Source: Nanobdellota archaeon (GTDB lineage: Archaea > Nanobdellota > Nanobdellia > Woesearchaeales > JAHWHD01). From it: a stretch of DNA of 40,433 nt. A program made the position numbers and the translations under genes. The DNA lies in assembly GCA_034722435.1 (NCBI GenBank), contig JAYENX010000028.1, forward strand, positions 1 through 40,433, in the 5' to 3' direction. This document shows positions 9,339 through 18,129 of this stretch, piece after piece. How positions within the stretch are numbered: the first letter of the stretch is position 1; each line of letters begins with the position of its first letter. The notes beneath the pieces are model-generated. The model made no database searches. It had not been told where the DNA came from and saw only the letters and a list, made by a program, of their open reading frames with translations.

Positions 9339-11357
9339 TTAAATCCTGCTCACAAAACCTCGTCTAGGTTCAAATAAATCTCCTGAACGTTTGAGTTTTT
9401 CAATTACTTCATCAACATCTGAATCTGAAATTCCTTTTTCGCCACATTCTTTAGCGATATCTTCTATAGGGATAGTTTTTCCTATTTTATTTTCTAGTTC
9501 GAGAATTATTTCTTTAATAGTAAATATTTTATTTCTTTGAGATGACGTAATTCCTGAAGATATTCTGTCTATGTCGATTTTTCCAGTTTCTGGATCTATA
9601 CCTACTTGAGATAGGCAGTAATTGAGAATATTAATGGATCTTTTTGCGTCTTTTTTAGTGACTTTTTCAGATAAACGAATTTTTGCATTTGCTTCTGCCA
9701 TTCTTACAAGTGCTTCAAGTTGTCTAGGGGTGATAGGTACAGATTTAGCACCTGCCTCGTCGCTGACGGCATTACGCATTTCTACATAAAAATTTTTAAT
9801 TTCTTCAATTGCGCTATCTGTTAGTGCAGGCGAACACCTTTGACGGGCATAAGCAATGAATTTTCTTAATAGTTGAGTTTCAATTTCTGGTTCTTGACCT
9901 TCAGGTTTTTGGTGAAGACCTAGAATATGTTTAGCTAGTTTTTCATCTTTTGTTCGATCAGGAAGATCTTTGATAGGGAATATTAAATCAAATCTGCTGA
10001 TAAGTGCAGGAGGAAGATCTATCTGTTTAGCAATTATATCGTAAGGATCGAACCTGCCAAATTTAGGGTTTGCTGCAGCAAGTACTGTTGTTTCGGCCCT
10101 TAGTGTAGCTTGAATATTGGCTTTAGAAATTGTGATGGTTTGTTGTTCTAATGCTTCGTGCATAGCACTTCTATCTTCAACTGACATTTTATCCATCTCG
10201 TCAATACAACAAAGTCCTTTATTTGCTAAAACAAGGGCTCCTGCTTCAAGAGACCATCCCTTTAAGAATTCATCTTTCACAACTGCAGCAGTAAGACCTG
10301 CACCAGAAGCACCTTTCCCAGAGACGTATCTTGCTTTCGGAGAGACTATAACTGCTCTTTTGAGAATTTGAGATTTACCTGCACCAGGATCACCTATCAA
10401 TAGAACGTGCATGTCTCCTCTAGTTATTACTCCATCCCCTCTTATTTTTCTTACTCCTCCTACTAATTGTAATATTACGGCCTCTTTTACTTTGTTATGG
10501 CCATATATTGAAGGCGCGACTGCGTTTATCATTTTTTCATAAACTTTTTTGTCAGATGCGAGACTAAGAATTTGTGCTTTTTCTTCTTCTGAAATAACTA
10601 TGTCTGAAAAATCTTCATTAACAGCTTCTACATAGTTTGCTTCAATTAGAAGATCGTATCTGACGGATTGGATTCCTGAATGTAATGTGATAGGTATTTC
10701 TTTTACTTTACCAACTATGATTATTTTTGAACCGGGGTTTGTTCTTTTTTCAGTAATTGGTGAAACTAAATCGTCTTTTAGGAATACGTTCATTCTTTTT
10801 GGTTGTTCACCACCTTCAAGGTTTTCTGGAGCTTCTTCAAGAACTATTCCTTGTGCATCAATTAATTCTTTACTGAGCAAAATAAATTTACCCTTTCTAC
10901 CGCAACCACATCTACTTGGTTCTTTGAATTTCTGGTCTAATTGGAGAACGGAAATAACGTTACCGCAGCTCGGACATTCAAATTTTGCAGCCGTGACTTG
11001 AGGTCTTACATCTGATTTTTGTCTTACAATCCCTTCAATAGTTAAAAGTTTTCCAATATGTTTACTCCTTATATTTCTTATAAGGATATGTTGACTATCT
11101 GGAAGATTTTTTATTCTTATTTTTAAACCTTTAACTTCAGAGGGAAGATCAAATTGTTCAATTCCTAGTTCAAAAGCCTTTATTAATTCGTCAGGATTTT
11201 CAAGAAGTTCTTCTGCGAGGTCAGGATCGTGTTTTGAGATGTCTGTAAAATCTATAATGAGAAAGCTTTTACCCTTTCTTACTGTTTCAAGAAGTGTATC
11301 GTGATAGTTAGTTTCAATTACTTCATTAAATTTTTTAATTTGTTCTTCTACATCCAT
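9339..11357 (-). CDS. mcm: MCM replicative helicase
   Basis: Zn finger CPSC...CGC, Walker A GDPGAGKSQ, IDEMDKM, HEALEQQ, arginine finger SRFD, ITPRQLE, C-terminal wH. Confidence 0.98.
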   Translation of the reverse strand: MDVEEQIKKFNEVIETNYHDTLLETVRKGKSFLIIDFTDISKHDPDLAEELLENPDELIKAFELGIEQFDLPSEVKGLKIRIKNLPDSQHILIRNIRSKHIGKLLTIEGIVRQKSDVRPQVTAAKFECPSCGNVISVLQLDQKFKEPSRCGCGRKGKFILLSKELIDAQGIVLEEAPENLEGGEQPKRMNVFLKDDLVSPITEKRTNPGSKIIIVGKVKEIPITLHSGIQSVRYDLLIEANYVEAVNEDFSDIVISEEEKAQILSLASDKKVYEKMINAVAPSIYGHNKVKEAVILQLVGGVRKIRGDGVITRGDMHVLLIGDPGAGKSQILKRAVIVSPKARYVSGKGASGAGLTAAVVKDEFLKGWSLEAGALVLANKGLCCIDEMDKMSVEDRSAMHEALEQQTITISKANIQATLRAETTVLAAANPKFGRFDPYDIIAKQIDLPPALISRFDLIFPIKDLPDRTKDEKLAKHILGLHQKPEGQEPEIETQLLRKFIAYARQRCSPALTDSAIEEIKNFYVEMRNAVSDEAGAKSVPITPRQLEALVRMAEANAKIRLSEKVTKKDAKRSINILNYCLSQVGIDPETGKIDIDRISSGITSSQRNKIFTIKEIILELENKIGKTIPIEDIAKECGEKGISDSDVDEVIEKLKRSGDLFEPRRGFVSRI

Positions 11358-11439
11358 TATTTGAATCCTCTTAGAATTTAAGATAATCTCTATTATATTA
11401 ATATTTTTGTTATTTATAAACTAAGAATCTTGAATATAT

Positions 11440-11465
11440 AAAAATAAAGAAAAAATTTAAAAAAA
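11440..11465 (-). terminator. Oligo-T intrinsic terminator downstream of tbp
   Basis: On the minus strand a T7 run follows the TGA stop directly, then further T-runs. Archaeal intrinsic terminators are oligo-T tracts. Confidence 0.5.
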
Positions 11466-12017
11466 TCACATGACTTTTTTAAGGTTAATAAGAAGTTTTT
11501 CAAGTGCATCATGAACATCAGCTTCTGATTTTGTTCCTGTACATACAATTTTCCCATTACTGAAAAGTAAGAATGTTGCCCTATCGCCACCTTCTTTGCC
11601 GCCTAATTTATAAACTAAGCCAGGAAATTGTTCTGGTTCGTATTCAGTGTTTGGTAGTTTCATAGCTAACGAATTTAAGTTTAAATCCATTCCTATACTA
11701 CCTGATGCTACAATGTTTTGTACCTTAATTTTAGGTTCAATTTTAATTTTAATGTTGATTTTTTCCAGGCTCTTAATTATTTTTTTCATGGATTCTGTTA
11801 CCTGGTCAAGTGTTCTAGCTCCTGTACAAACTACTTTTCCTGAACTAAATATCAAAGCTGATGTCTTAGGATCTTTAATCCTTATAACTAAGCCAGGAAA
11901 TTGTTCTGGATTGTATTCTGTATTAGAAAGCGTAGCTGCCATTTTTTCTAAAGGTATATCGTGCTCTAATGAGGTAGAAACTACGATATTTACAACCTTT
12001 ATGTCTTTTTTTGTCAT
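11466..12017 (-). CDS. tbp: TATA-box binding protein
   Basis: Two internal repeats NIVVS/NIVAS, EYNPEQFPGL/EYEPEQFPGL, LIFSSGKVVCTGA/LLFSNGKIVCTGT. Confidence 0.98.
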   Translation of the reverse strand: MTKKDIKVVNIVVSTSLEHDIPLEKMAATLSNTEYNPEQFPGLVIRIKDPKTSALIFSSGKVVCTGARTLDQVTESMKKIIKSLEKINIKIKIEPKIKVQNIVASGSIGMDLNLNSLAMKLPNTEYEPEQFPGLVYKLGGKEGGDRATFLLFSNGKIVCTGTKSEADVHDALEKLLINLKKVM

Positions 12018-12164
12018 ATTTATCCCCCCGAACTAATTTTACGTTATTAAAGCCTCTCTTTTAAATATAAAAGCTCTTTTAAAGCTTTTAAATGTATAAT
12101 TCCTAATAAGACCTAGACCTTTATAAAGTCTTTTATAAATAATGAGATTTAGCTTAAATATAAG

Positions 12165-12184
12165 CCCCTTGGTTTCCTATGGAG
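12165..12184 (-). promoter_or_regulatory. ORB-like element upstream of tbp
   Basis: Minus strand CTCCATAGGAAACCAAGGGG, a close match to the 137-157 ORB. Confidence 0.7.
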
Positions 12185-12247
12185 ATTTGTAGTTTAAAAC
12201 TTTATATTGCTTGAATTCTTAAGAATTAGCGTTTTTAGAGGTGTTTT

Positions 12248-12269
12248 ACCCCTTCATTTCCTTTGGAAC
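12248..12269 (-). promoter_or_regulatory. ORB-like element upstream of tbp (second copy)
   Basis: Minus strand GTTCCAAAGGAAATGAAGGGGT, near-canonical ORB with G-string, same orientation as 12165-12184. Confidence 0.75.
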
Positions 12270-15200
12270 TATTGGTCACATGAAACCCAATTAATTGGCC
12301 AAACTCCGTGTTCTACACAAGTTTCATCAAAGTAGTTTCCGTTTAAATCAGGAAGCCAATCAATTTCGCATTTGGAATCTATATTTGTGCCATCACAACG
12401 ATTATTAAGTTCATTAATGTCTGGGAGGTTATTCCCGTTTATATCAACCATTTCATTATCGTATAAGTATAGGTTACCTGTTATTCCATTATAATCGTCA
12501 TAGCACCAACCATTACCATTAGATATTTGGTTCCTGTTTATATTGTCGCAATCGTTTGGTCCTGAACAACTCGTTCCGATTGTTTTGTAGGTGGTTGTGA
12601 CTGATTCTGGTTCACATGTATCTGTACAACGATCAGGGAAAAAGTTTGTTACACTGCAACTTGGGAGAATAGTGAATGGTGTAATTCCATGACAGGTGGG
12701 TGATGCTGTACAGCCTTTTAAAGTGTCTGCATTACAGATGTTGTTTTTGTCAATTGCTGTTGCTGCGTTGTTACATTTATCTATGAAATATGTTTTTCCA
12801 TCTAAGTCAAGGTCACATCTGTTTAGGTCTGTATCACTGGTTAGGCCATCACATTGGTTCGTTGTGCAAGAACATCCTGGTAAAAAGCATTGGAAAATTC
12901 CGTTAGTACTATCGGAATATTGACATTCTCCAGTACAGATATCTTCGAAGTATGGAGTTCCTGCAGAACATTGGCCTGAAAGTTGTCCAGGAGTTAAACC
13001 GTTACAAGCGTCACCTGTACCTGGGCAAGTACCACAAACACAGTTAACAGGTTTGGAACATGAACCGAAATAGCAAGTTGCTTGACATTCTATATATCCT
13101 CCGTCATCATAAGAACTTTCTGAATCAAGAGGGCTTGAACAGCGCATGGCGGTGTTACAAATTCCTGTTGCGCTAGGTATATTAAAATTTTTTTCGTATG
13201 TTGTTGCGTGAAAATTAAAACAATTTGTTGTAGGGATATCCGTGCAAAGAGAGGTATCTTGTACAGGACCTTGGCATCTTTCTGTTTCTGAGCCTGTAAG
13301 GTCTGCACATTCGGTTATTCTAATCCAATTATCAGTTATTTCGCCTGAACAAATATTTCCTCTATTTCCGCATTTTTGTGTGTAAGTTCTTTCATAAATA
13401 TCGTTTTCAGAATTAAAATTGTCAGGGATTATTTGCATGATTGTTGGATCTGTAACGTCAATGTCTATAACTACGTTGCCAGAGTCTTGTACAGCTTTTT
13501 GAGCAACCCCTATTTCTACACGTTCAGGTTTACAAGAAAGATAATTTTCTTCGTAACAAATAGTGCCTGTGTTTAAAGTATAGTCGTCAGCGCAACATGT
13601 GTGGTTTGCTTCGAAATCATCGTATGAATTGTAGGGGTAGATTGGGTCTACGAGACTTCTATGTGGAACGCAGACTTTAACGTCAATGTCTAAGTATTGT
13701 TTAATAGTTCCTGCGTGGTCTGAAGATGTAGTTAGTTCAAATTGATGAGGTTGAGGGGGTAATGTAAATTCTGCAGTTTTAATTTCTTTAATGTCTATAG
13801 GTGTTTCTGATTCGGGAATTATTTGAGTTAAATTTGTGTATGTTTTATCTACAGTAAGATCTTTCCATATTGCGTTAAGGATAGTTGTGAATGCAGCATA
13901 AACTTGGCCGTTTAGTTGGAAGTAGTCTTCAATTGATGCAATATTAGGGGGTATGTCGTCGTATACTTTGAAAGCTTCGGCTTTTACAACAGGCAAATCT
14001 GCAATTAGTATGGTTAAGTCTTGCCAATCTTTTAATCCCGATTCATCTCTGACTTGGATAGTTAAATTGTGTGGTCCGACGTCGGATCTTGTTGTGATAA
14101 TGCTTGAGTTAGGGAATTCTTCAGGGTAGTTGGCGTTGTTGTTCCAATGTAAAGGTTGAGGGCTGTTAATTTTAGTAATATATTTTTCAGGTAGTTGAAT
14201 TATATTATTTTCTTGGTCTAATTCGAATTGTGCATAGTCAAAAATCTCGTTAAAATCTTGTTTCCAACCAATATATTTATACGTTAAAAGATCTAGGTCG
14301 TCAGGGTCGTATCCTTTTATTTTAAAATTTAAATTTTCTCCTTCAAGGATAATTATGTTTTCGTTACCAGTAATGGGAAATCTACCTATCCATTCTAGTA
14401 TAGGGTAACGGTTTTCTATCATAAATTGCATTACGTAGGGAGTGTGATTGAGAATTGATTTTGTGTCTTGAATTTGTAAAAGTGTATCATATGTTTGGTT
14501 ATTACAATCAGTACATAGACGTTCAAAAAGGCCTATATTGATAAATCTGTCAAAGCCTTGGATGTCTGTTTCGACTTCTTTAACTTTGAAAAGTATCTCT
14601 CCGTTATCTTTGTTGATTATATCTTGAGCAATTTGAAATATTTTTATAAGTCTAATCGGTATTTTTGTGTTGAAGTTCATCAGTTCTACAATTGGTTGTT
14701 TACCTGCAATTTTTATTTCAAGAGGGTATGCCATGTTAATTATAATATTATCTCTTCCAAAGGTTACAGTTACATTAGGGGTTCCTTCTTTGATATTATT
14801 TGCGATATTTGGAATTGCTGAAAAATTTAGACATTGTTTTGTTTTGTTTGCAATATATATTTGTAATTGTTCTTGAACAGATGATTCATCTAGAGGTAGG
14901 GTTGTGTCGTAAGTTGGACAAGGGAAAACAAATCTTTCACCTGGTTTATTAGTACCGTATTGATCACAAAGTCCGGGGAATGGGCTTTCTCCAAGATATC
15001 CGAAGTAATTAGTTATTGAAAGTGGGCCTAGTAAAGGATATCTCCAGGGTGGAGGGAAAATTGAGTCCACTTCAAGTAGTGGTTTTGTAATGGCGTATGA
15101 AACAAAATTGTTATTGATATTTAGTGTTTTTTTAGGTAATATGTTACCCCCTTGAAATTTGTAGAGATTTCCACCTTGTCTTCCAAGAGTGATCAGAGCT

Positions 15201-15403
15201 TCTTCAGAACTTATATCAAGACATTTTTCAATATATCCTTTAAGTCCCGCTACTTGGATTGTTTCAGTAAGGACTTTTTGACCTTCTTGTTCAATTTTAG
15301 AAACATTGGTGACTTTCATTACGTACCACATAACGCCAAAAATCATTATTATAATCATGCCGAGTATTATGAACATAGTTATTTGAGATTTTTTAGGTTT
15401 CAT
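12269..15403 (-). CDS. Large Cys-rich surface protein with class III (pilin-like) signal peptide
   Basis: N-terminus MKPKKS|QITMFIILGMIIIMIFGVMW (basic stretch, small residue, Q, hydrophobic helix); Ig/cadherin-like middle (GYDPD, IQVRDESG); Cys-dense C-terminal half with DxDxDG-like loops (DLDLDG, DLNGN). Confidence 0.75.
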   Translation of the reverse strand: MKPKKSQITMFIILGMIIIMIFGVMWYVMKVTNVSKIEQEGQKVLTETIQVAGLKGYIEKCLDISSEEALITLGRQGGNLYKFQGGNILPKKTLNINNNFVSYAITKPLLEVDSIFPPPWRYPLLGPLSITNYFGYLGESPFPGLCDQYGTNKPGERFVFPCPTYDTTLPLDESSVQEQLQIYIANKTKQCLNFSAIPNIANNIKEGTPNVTVTFGRDNIIINMAYPLEIKIAGKQPIVELMNFNTKIPIRLIKIFQIAQDIINKDNGEILFKVKEVETDIQGFDRFINIGLFERLCTDCNNQTYDTLLQIQDTKSILNHTPYVMQFMIENRYPILEWIGRFPITGNENIIILEGENLNFKIKGYDPDDLDLLTYKYIGWKQDFNEIFDYAQFELDQENNIIQLPEKYITKINSPQPLHWNNNANYPEEFPNSSIITTRSDVGPHNLTIQVRDESGLKDWQDLTILIADLPVVKAEAFKVYDDIPPNIASIEDYFQLNGQVYAAFTTILNAIWKDLTVDKTYTNLTQIIPESETPIDIKEIKTAEFTLPPQPHQFELTTSSDHAGTIKQYLDIDVKVCVPHRSLVDPIYPYNSYDDFEANHTCCADDYTLNTGTICYEENYLSCKPERVEIGVAQKAVQDSGNVVIDIDVTDPTIMQIIPDNFNSENDIYERTYTQKCGNRGNICSGEITDNWIRITECADLTGSETERCQGPVQDTSLCTDIPTTNCFNFHATTYEKNFNIPSATGICNTAMRCSSPLDSESSYDDGGYIECQATCYFGSCSKPVNCVCGTCPGTGDACNGLTPGQLSGQCSAGTPYFEDICTGECQYSDSTNGIFQCFLPGCSCTTNQCDGLTSDTDLNRCDLDLDGKTYFIDKCNNAATAIDKNNICNADTLKGCTASPTCHGITPFTILPSCSVTNFFPDRCTDTCEPESVTTTYKTIGTSCSGPNDCDNINRNQISNGNGWCYDDYNGITGNLYLYDNEMVDINGNNLPDINELNNRCDGTNIDSKCEIDWLPDLNGNYFDETCVEHGVWPINWVSCDQ

Positions 15404-15410
15404 CCTAGAA

Positions 15411-17654
15411 TTACTCTTTAAGTCTTATTTTTGAAGATAAACCGCGCCAGACATTTAATCTTTGAGATGTTCTATCTAGGTCAGGGTCATATTCACTAAC
15501 AATGTGGTAGATGTTTATTCCGTTCTCTGTTGTCATGTCACAACCAAGAGTTTCGTCAGGGTCGTTTAAGAATACCTGGTGAGCTTTTTCACAAAGGTTT
15601 GCTTTTGTTCCGTTGTATGCAACGTAATAAAATGCGCGGTTGTTATCTATTTTTTCTCTTATACCTATAACTTCAAGAGAACCTTGTTTAGCAGCATATA
15701 TGTTTTTGAAATCTTTAGAAAGGTTAGCAAATGATATATTTGCATTAGTAATTTCATAACTGAATGAAGGTTTTTCTAATTTTTCAGGGTTAAGTAAATT
15801 ACTTAGCGTTTGTATAGGGTGTAATATTATGTTTACAAATTTTTCTGTTCCTGTCATATCTTGTCTGAATTCGAAACTTTCATCATCTTTTGAATATATG
15901 ATTGATTGAGTTTTATTGTTGAACCAAGTATTTTGTTTGAGGGCTGAACAGTAGTGGTAACCACCATCGTTATTTTCGATTGCGTTATCGCAATTTTCAA
16001 TATCTAGTAAATTTAAGAATTGTGTATTTTCTAGAGGTGTGTTTAGAGAGGTTCCTACATATACGTTTCCTTCATCTTCATTTATTTCTAAAACGCAATA
16101 GTTGTTTGAAATTTTTGGGCTACTAGAACCTTTTATGATTGAGTATGCGTTAATGTCGTTAGCTTCGTCAGCTATGTAATTATATCTGTTAAGGCTGAAG
16201 TCGATATCATCACAGAATAAGTCGTAATTTGTGTTTTCAGGAACTAGTTCTAACATTTTTGAGGCTAAGAATTTAGTTCTAGATGTCCATGCGCCGTCAT
16301 CGCAGTAATGATCTTGGTAGAATTCTTGGTGGTCAATACAATGTTCAAGTTCTTTGGCGTAACAATGCGAGTTATTGTTACAGATTCCGTAATATTTACT
16401 TATATCATTAGAGGGTGCACCTTCATAATCGTAGCTGAATTTGATATAGCCTTCGGCCCAGGTACCTTTTCCCGTGATGTCTTTACATACCCATGCATCT
16501 GCTCCTGGAACATCATAGGCAGGGATTTCTAACCAATCGATAGTTCCTAAGCTAAATGAATCAGGGTTGGTGATTCGTGTATTGTAGTTAATATATGGTA
16601 CTGAGTCTACGCATCTTAATCCTGTCCAACAAAATGATTCAGGACAACACCCTTTTAGGTCTGCTTGTTCAGCTTCTTGTTCTGGAAGGGGGAATTCTAC
16701 TTCTCCTTTGAAGAATTTTACATTGTCAATATAACATTCTGCAGTTTCGTCTTCAATTGTTGCAATTTCTACATTTGCTATTTGTCCAGTTTCAATAATA
16801 TAACTTGTTTTTAGTGTTTCCCAATCATCAGTTGTGGTTTGGACAGGAACTACTTTTATATCGTTTACATTAAGAGAGAGTTCCGCAGTTCCTTCAATAC
16901 ATTTTATTTCGGCTGTTGCAGTGTATAGTCCGGGTTGCTCTATTGTAATTGGATCGCTTTGGAAACCATGTTGGGGATTAGTGTTGTCAAGTATTTTTAT
17001 TATATTAGTTCTTCCTTCAAATGTTTCAAGAAATTCAATATTTGTTGCCAAGAAATTAGGTTTTGTAATATAACTATAACCTCTTATGATTTTAATAGGG
17101 CAAGGACCGCCGGAATCCATTTCTTCTTCACCTTGGTTAAGAATTCCGTCGTTACATTTTGGAATAAGTTCTGAACAGCAAATTTTTTGAGTATAAATAT
17201 CATTATTACAATCTCCTACATGGGCGTTGTAGTTTCTGGAAAATGAGAATATGCAAGTGTCATAGTTTAAACAGTCTGTTTGAATTGCGCAAACTATCCT
17301 AGAGGTTGCAGGGATTGTGACTGAATGTTCGTATGCTGTTTTGAATGGGTTGATTGTTAAAGGTATGTTGACGTGTGAGTTTTCTTCTTCATATAATTTT
17401 AATATTTCAAAAGGATTGGATGGATTTATAGAATCTAGGTAATCTCCGGAGCAACACACTTGATACGCGTAAGTTCCGACATTTGGTAAAGATGCATGTG
17501 AGTCTGTTAATTCTTGCATTTGAAAAATGGATATTTCGTTTTCAGTACAAAGGGGTTTTACCTCGCAAGATAATGTTGCAGAAGTTAATGAAACAAAGGT
17601 TAATGTAAATAATAAAAATAAAATACAAAGTCCTAATTTTTTAGTTCTGTTCAT
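15411..17654 (-). CDS. Secreted Cys-rich surface protein with carbohydrate-binding-module-like domain
   Basis: Sec signal peptide, repeated S..SH/NAH Cys modules, CNDGILNQGEEEMDSGGPC motif, jelly-roll-like segment ending CYIDNVKFF. Confidence 0.7.
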   Translation of the reverse strand: MNRTKKLGLCILFLLFTLTFVSLTSATLSCEVKPLCTENEISIFQMQELTDSHASLPNVGTYAYQVCCSGDYLDSINPSNPFEILKLYEEENSHVNIPLTINPFKTAYEHSVTIPATSRIVCAIQTDCLNYDTCIFSFSRNYNAHVGDCNNDIYTQKICCSELIPKCNDGILNQGEEEMDSGGPCPIKIIRGYSYITKPNFLATNIEFLETFEGRTNIIKILDNTNPQHGFQSDPITIEQPGLYTATAEIKCIEGTAELSLNVNDIKVVPVQTTTDDWETLKTSYIIETGQIANVEIATIEDETAECYIDNVKFFKGEVEFPLPEQEAEQADLKGCCPESFCWTGLRCVDSVPYINYNTRITNPDSFSLGTIDWLEIPAYDVPGADAWVCKDITGKGTWAEGYIKFSYDYEGAPSNDISKYYGICNNNSHCYAKELEHCIDHQEFYQDHYCDDGAWTSRTKFLASKMLELVPENTNYDLFCDDIDFSLNRYNYIADEANDINAYSIIKGSSSPKISNNYCVLEINEDEGNVYVGTSLNTPLENTQFLNLLDIENCDNAIENNDGGYHYCSALKQNTWFNNKTQSIIYSKDDESFEFRQDMTGTEKFVNIILHPIQTLSNLLNPEKLEKPSFSYEITNANISFANLSKDFKNIYAAKQGSLEVIGIREKIDNNRAFYYVAYNGTKANLCEKAHQVFLNDPDETLGCDMTTENGINIYHIVSEYDPDLDRTSQRLNVWRGLSSKIRLKE

Positions 17655-18119
17655 TTAACCTTTGCAAACTAGTGTTTTTACTGCTGTACAGGTTACAGAT
17701 CTTTTATAATACTGTATACCTATTCCTGTTCCGTAGTATGCATCAATACATTCCGGTGCTGTTTTATCTACAGGACAGGTGTATTCGTTTGTTGCGTCAG
17801 TATCGCAAGTATCTGTTGCAAATGTTCTTACGGGGGTACCATAAATATCATAAAGGCCGCTCTTGTCCCATTCAAAAAATGCATTTAGTCCGGCTGGACA
17901 TGCAATAAATGTTGAGAGTTCTGTGTTTAATGTGTTGGTAAGTTCTGTTCTTATTTCAGAAATTCGTGCATCAAGTCCTTCGATTTCTGTTATTGTGTGG
18001 CCATTAAGTCTTGGGTCGTTACTTGTGTAAGCGACAACACTTATTATACCTATAAATACAACAATTACTGTGATGAGTGCGTATAGATGTGTTTTTTTAA
18101 TGTTTAGTTCGATTTTCAT
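17655..18119 (-). CDS. Small membrane-anchored protein (single TM, short coiled coil, Cys-rich tip)
   Basis: TM LYALITVIVVFIGIISVVAY, then PRLNGH..EI; GGTGA SD overlaps the upstream stop; abuts the next gene. Confidence 0.75.
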   Translation of the reverse strand: MKIELNIKKTHLYALITVIVVFIGIISVVAYTSNDPRLNGHTITEIEGLDARISEIRTELTNTLNTELSTFIACPAGLNAFFEWDKSGLYDIYGTPVRTFATDTCDTDATNEYTCPVDKTAPECIDAYYGTGIGIQYYKRSVTCTAVKTLVCKG

Positions 18120-18129
18120 TTTATCACCT

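Noticed and set aside
11613-11909. Exact 24-bp direct repeat AACTAAGCCAGGAAATTGTTCTGG (11613-11636 and 11886-11909)
   Set aside because: Encodes the PEQFPGLV motif of the two intrinsic TBP repeats; not a mobile-element or CRISPR repeat.
12030-12268. tRNA or structured ncRNA in the tbp upstream gap
   Set aside because: No cloverleaf or GC-rich stems; the G/C content is explained by the two ORB-like boxes.
7412-17174. Antisense or nested ORFs over aIF-2beta, RPA2, mcm, tbp and the surface genes (e.g. 7412-7759, 10117-10371, 10687-11001, 11647-12036, 12696-12923)
   Set aside because: They lie within well-supported genes on the other strand or frame and show no recognisable motifs; shadow ORFs.
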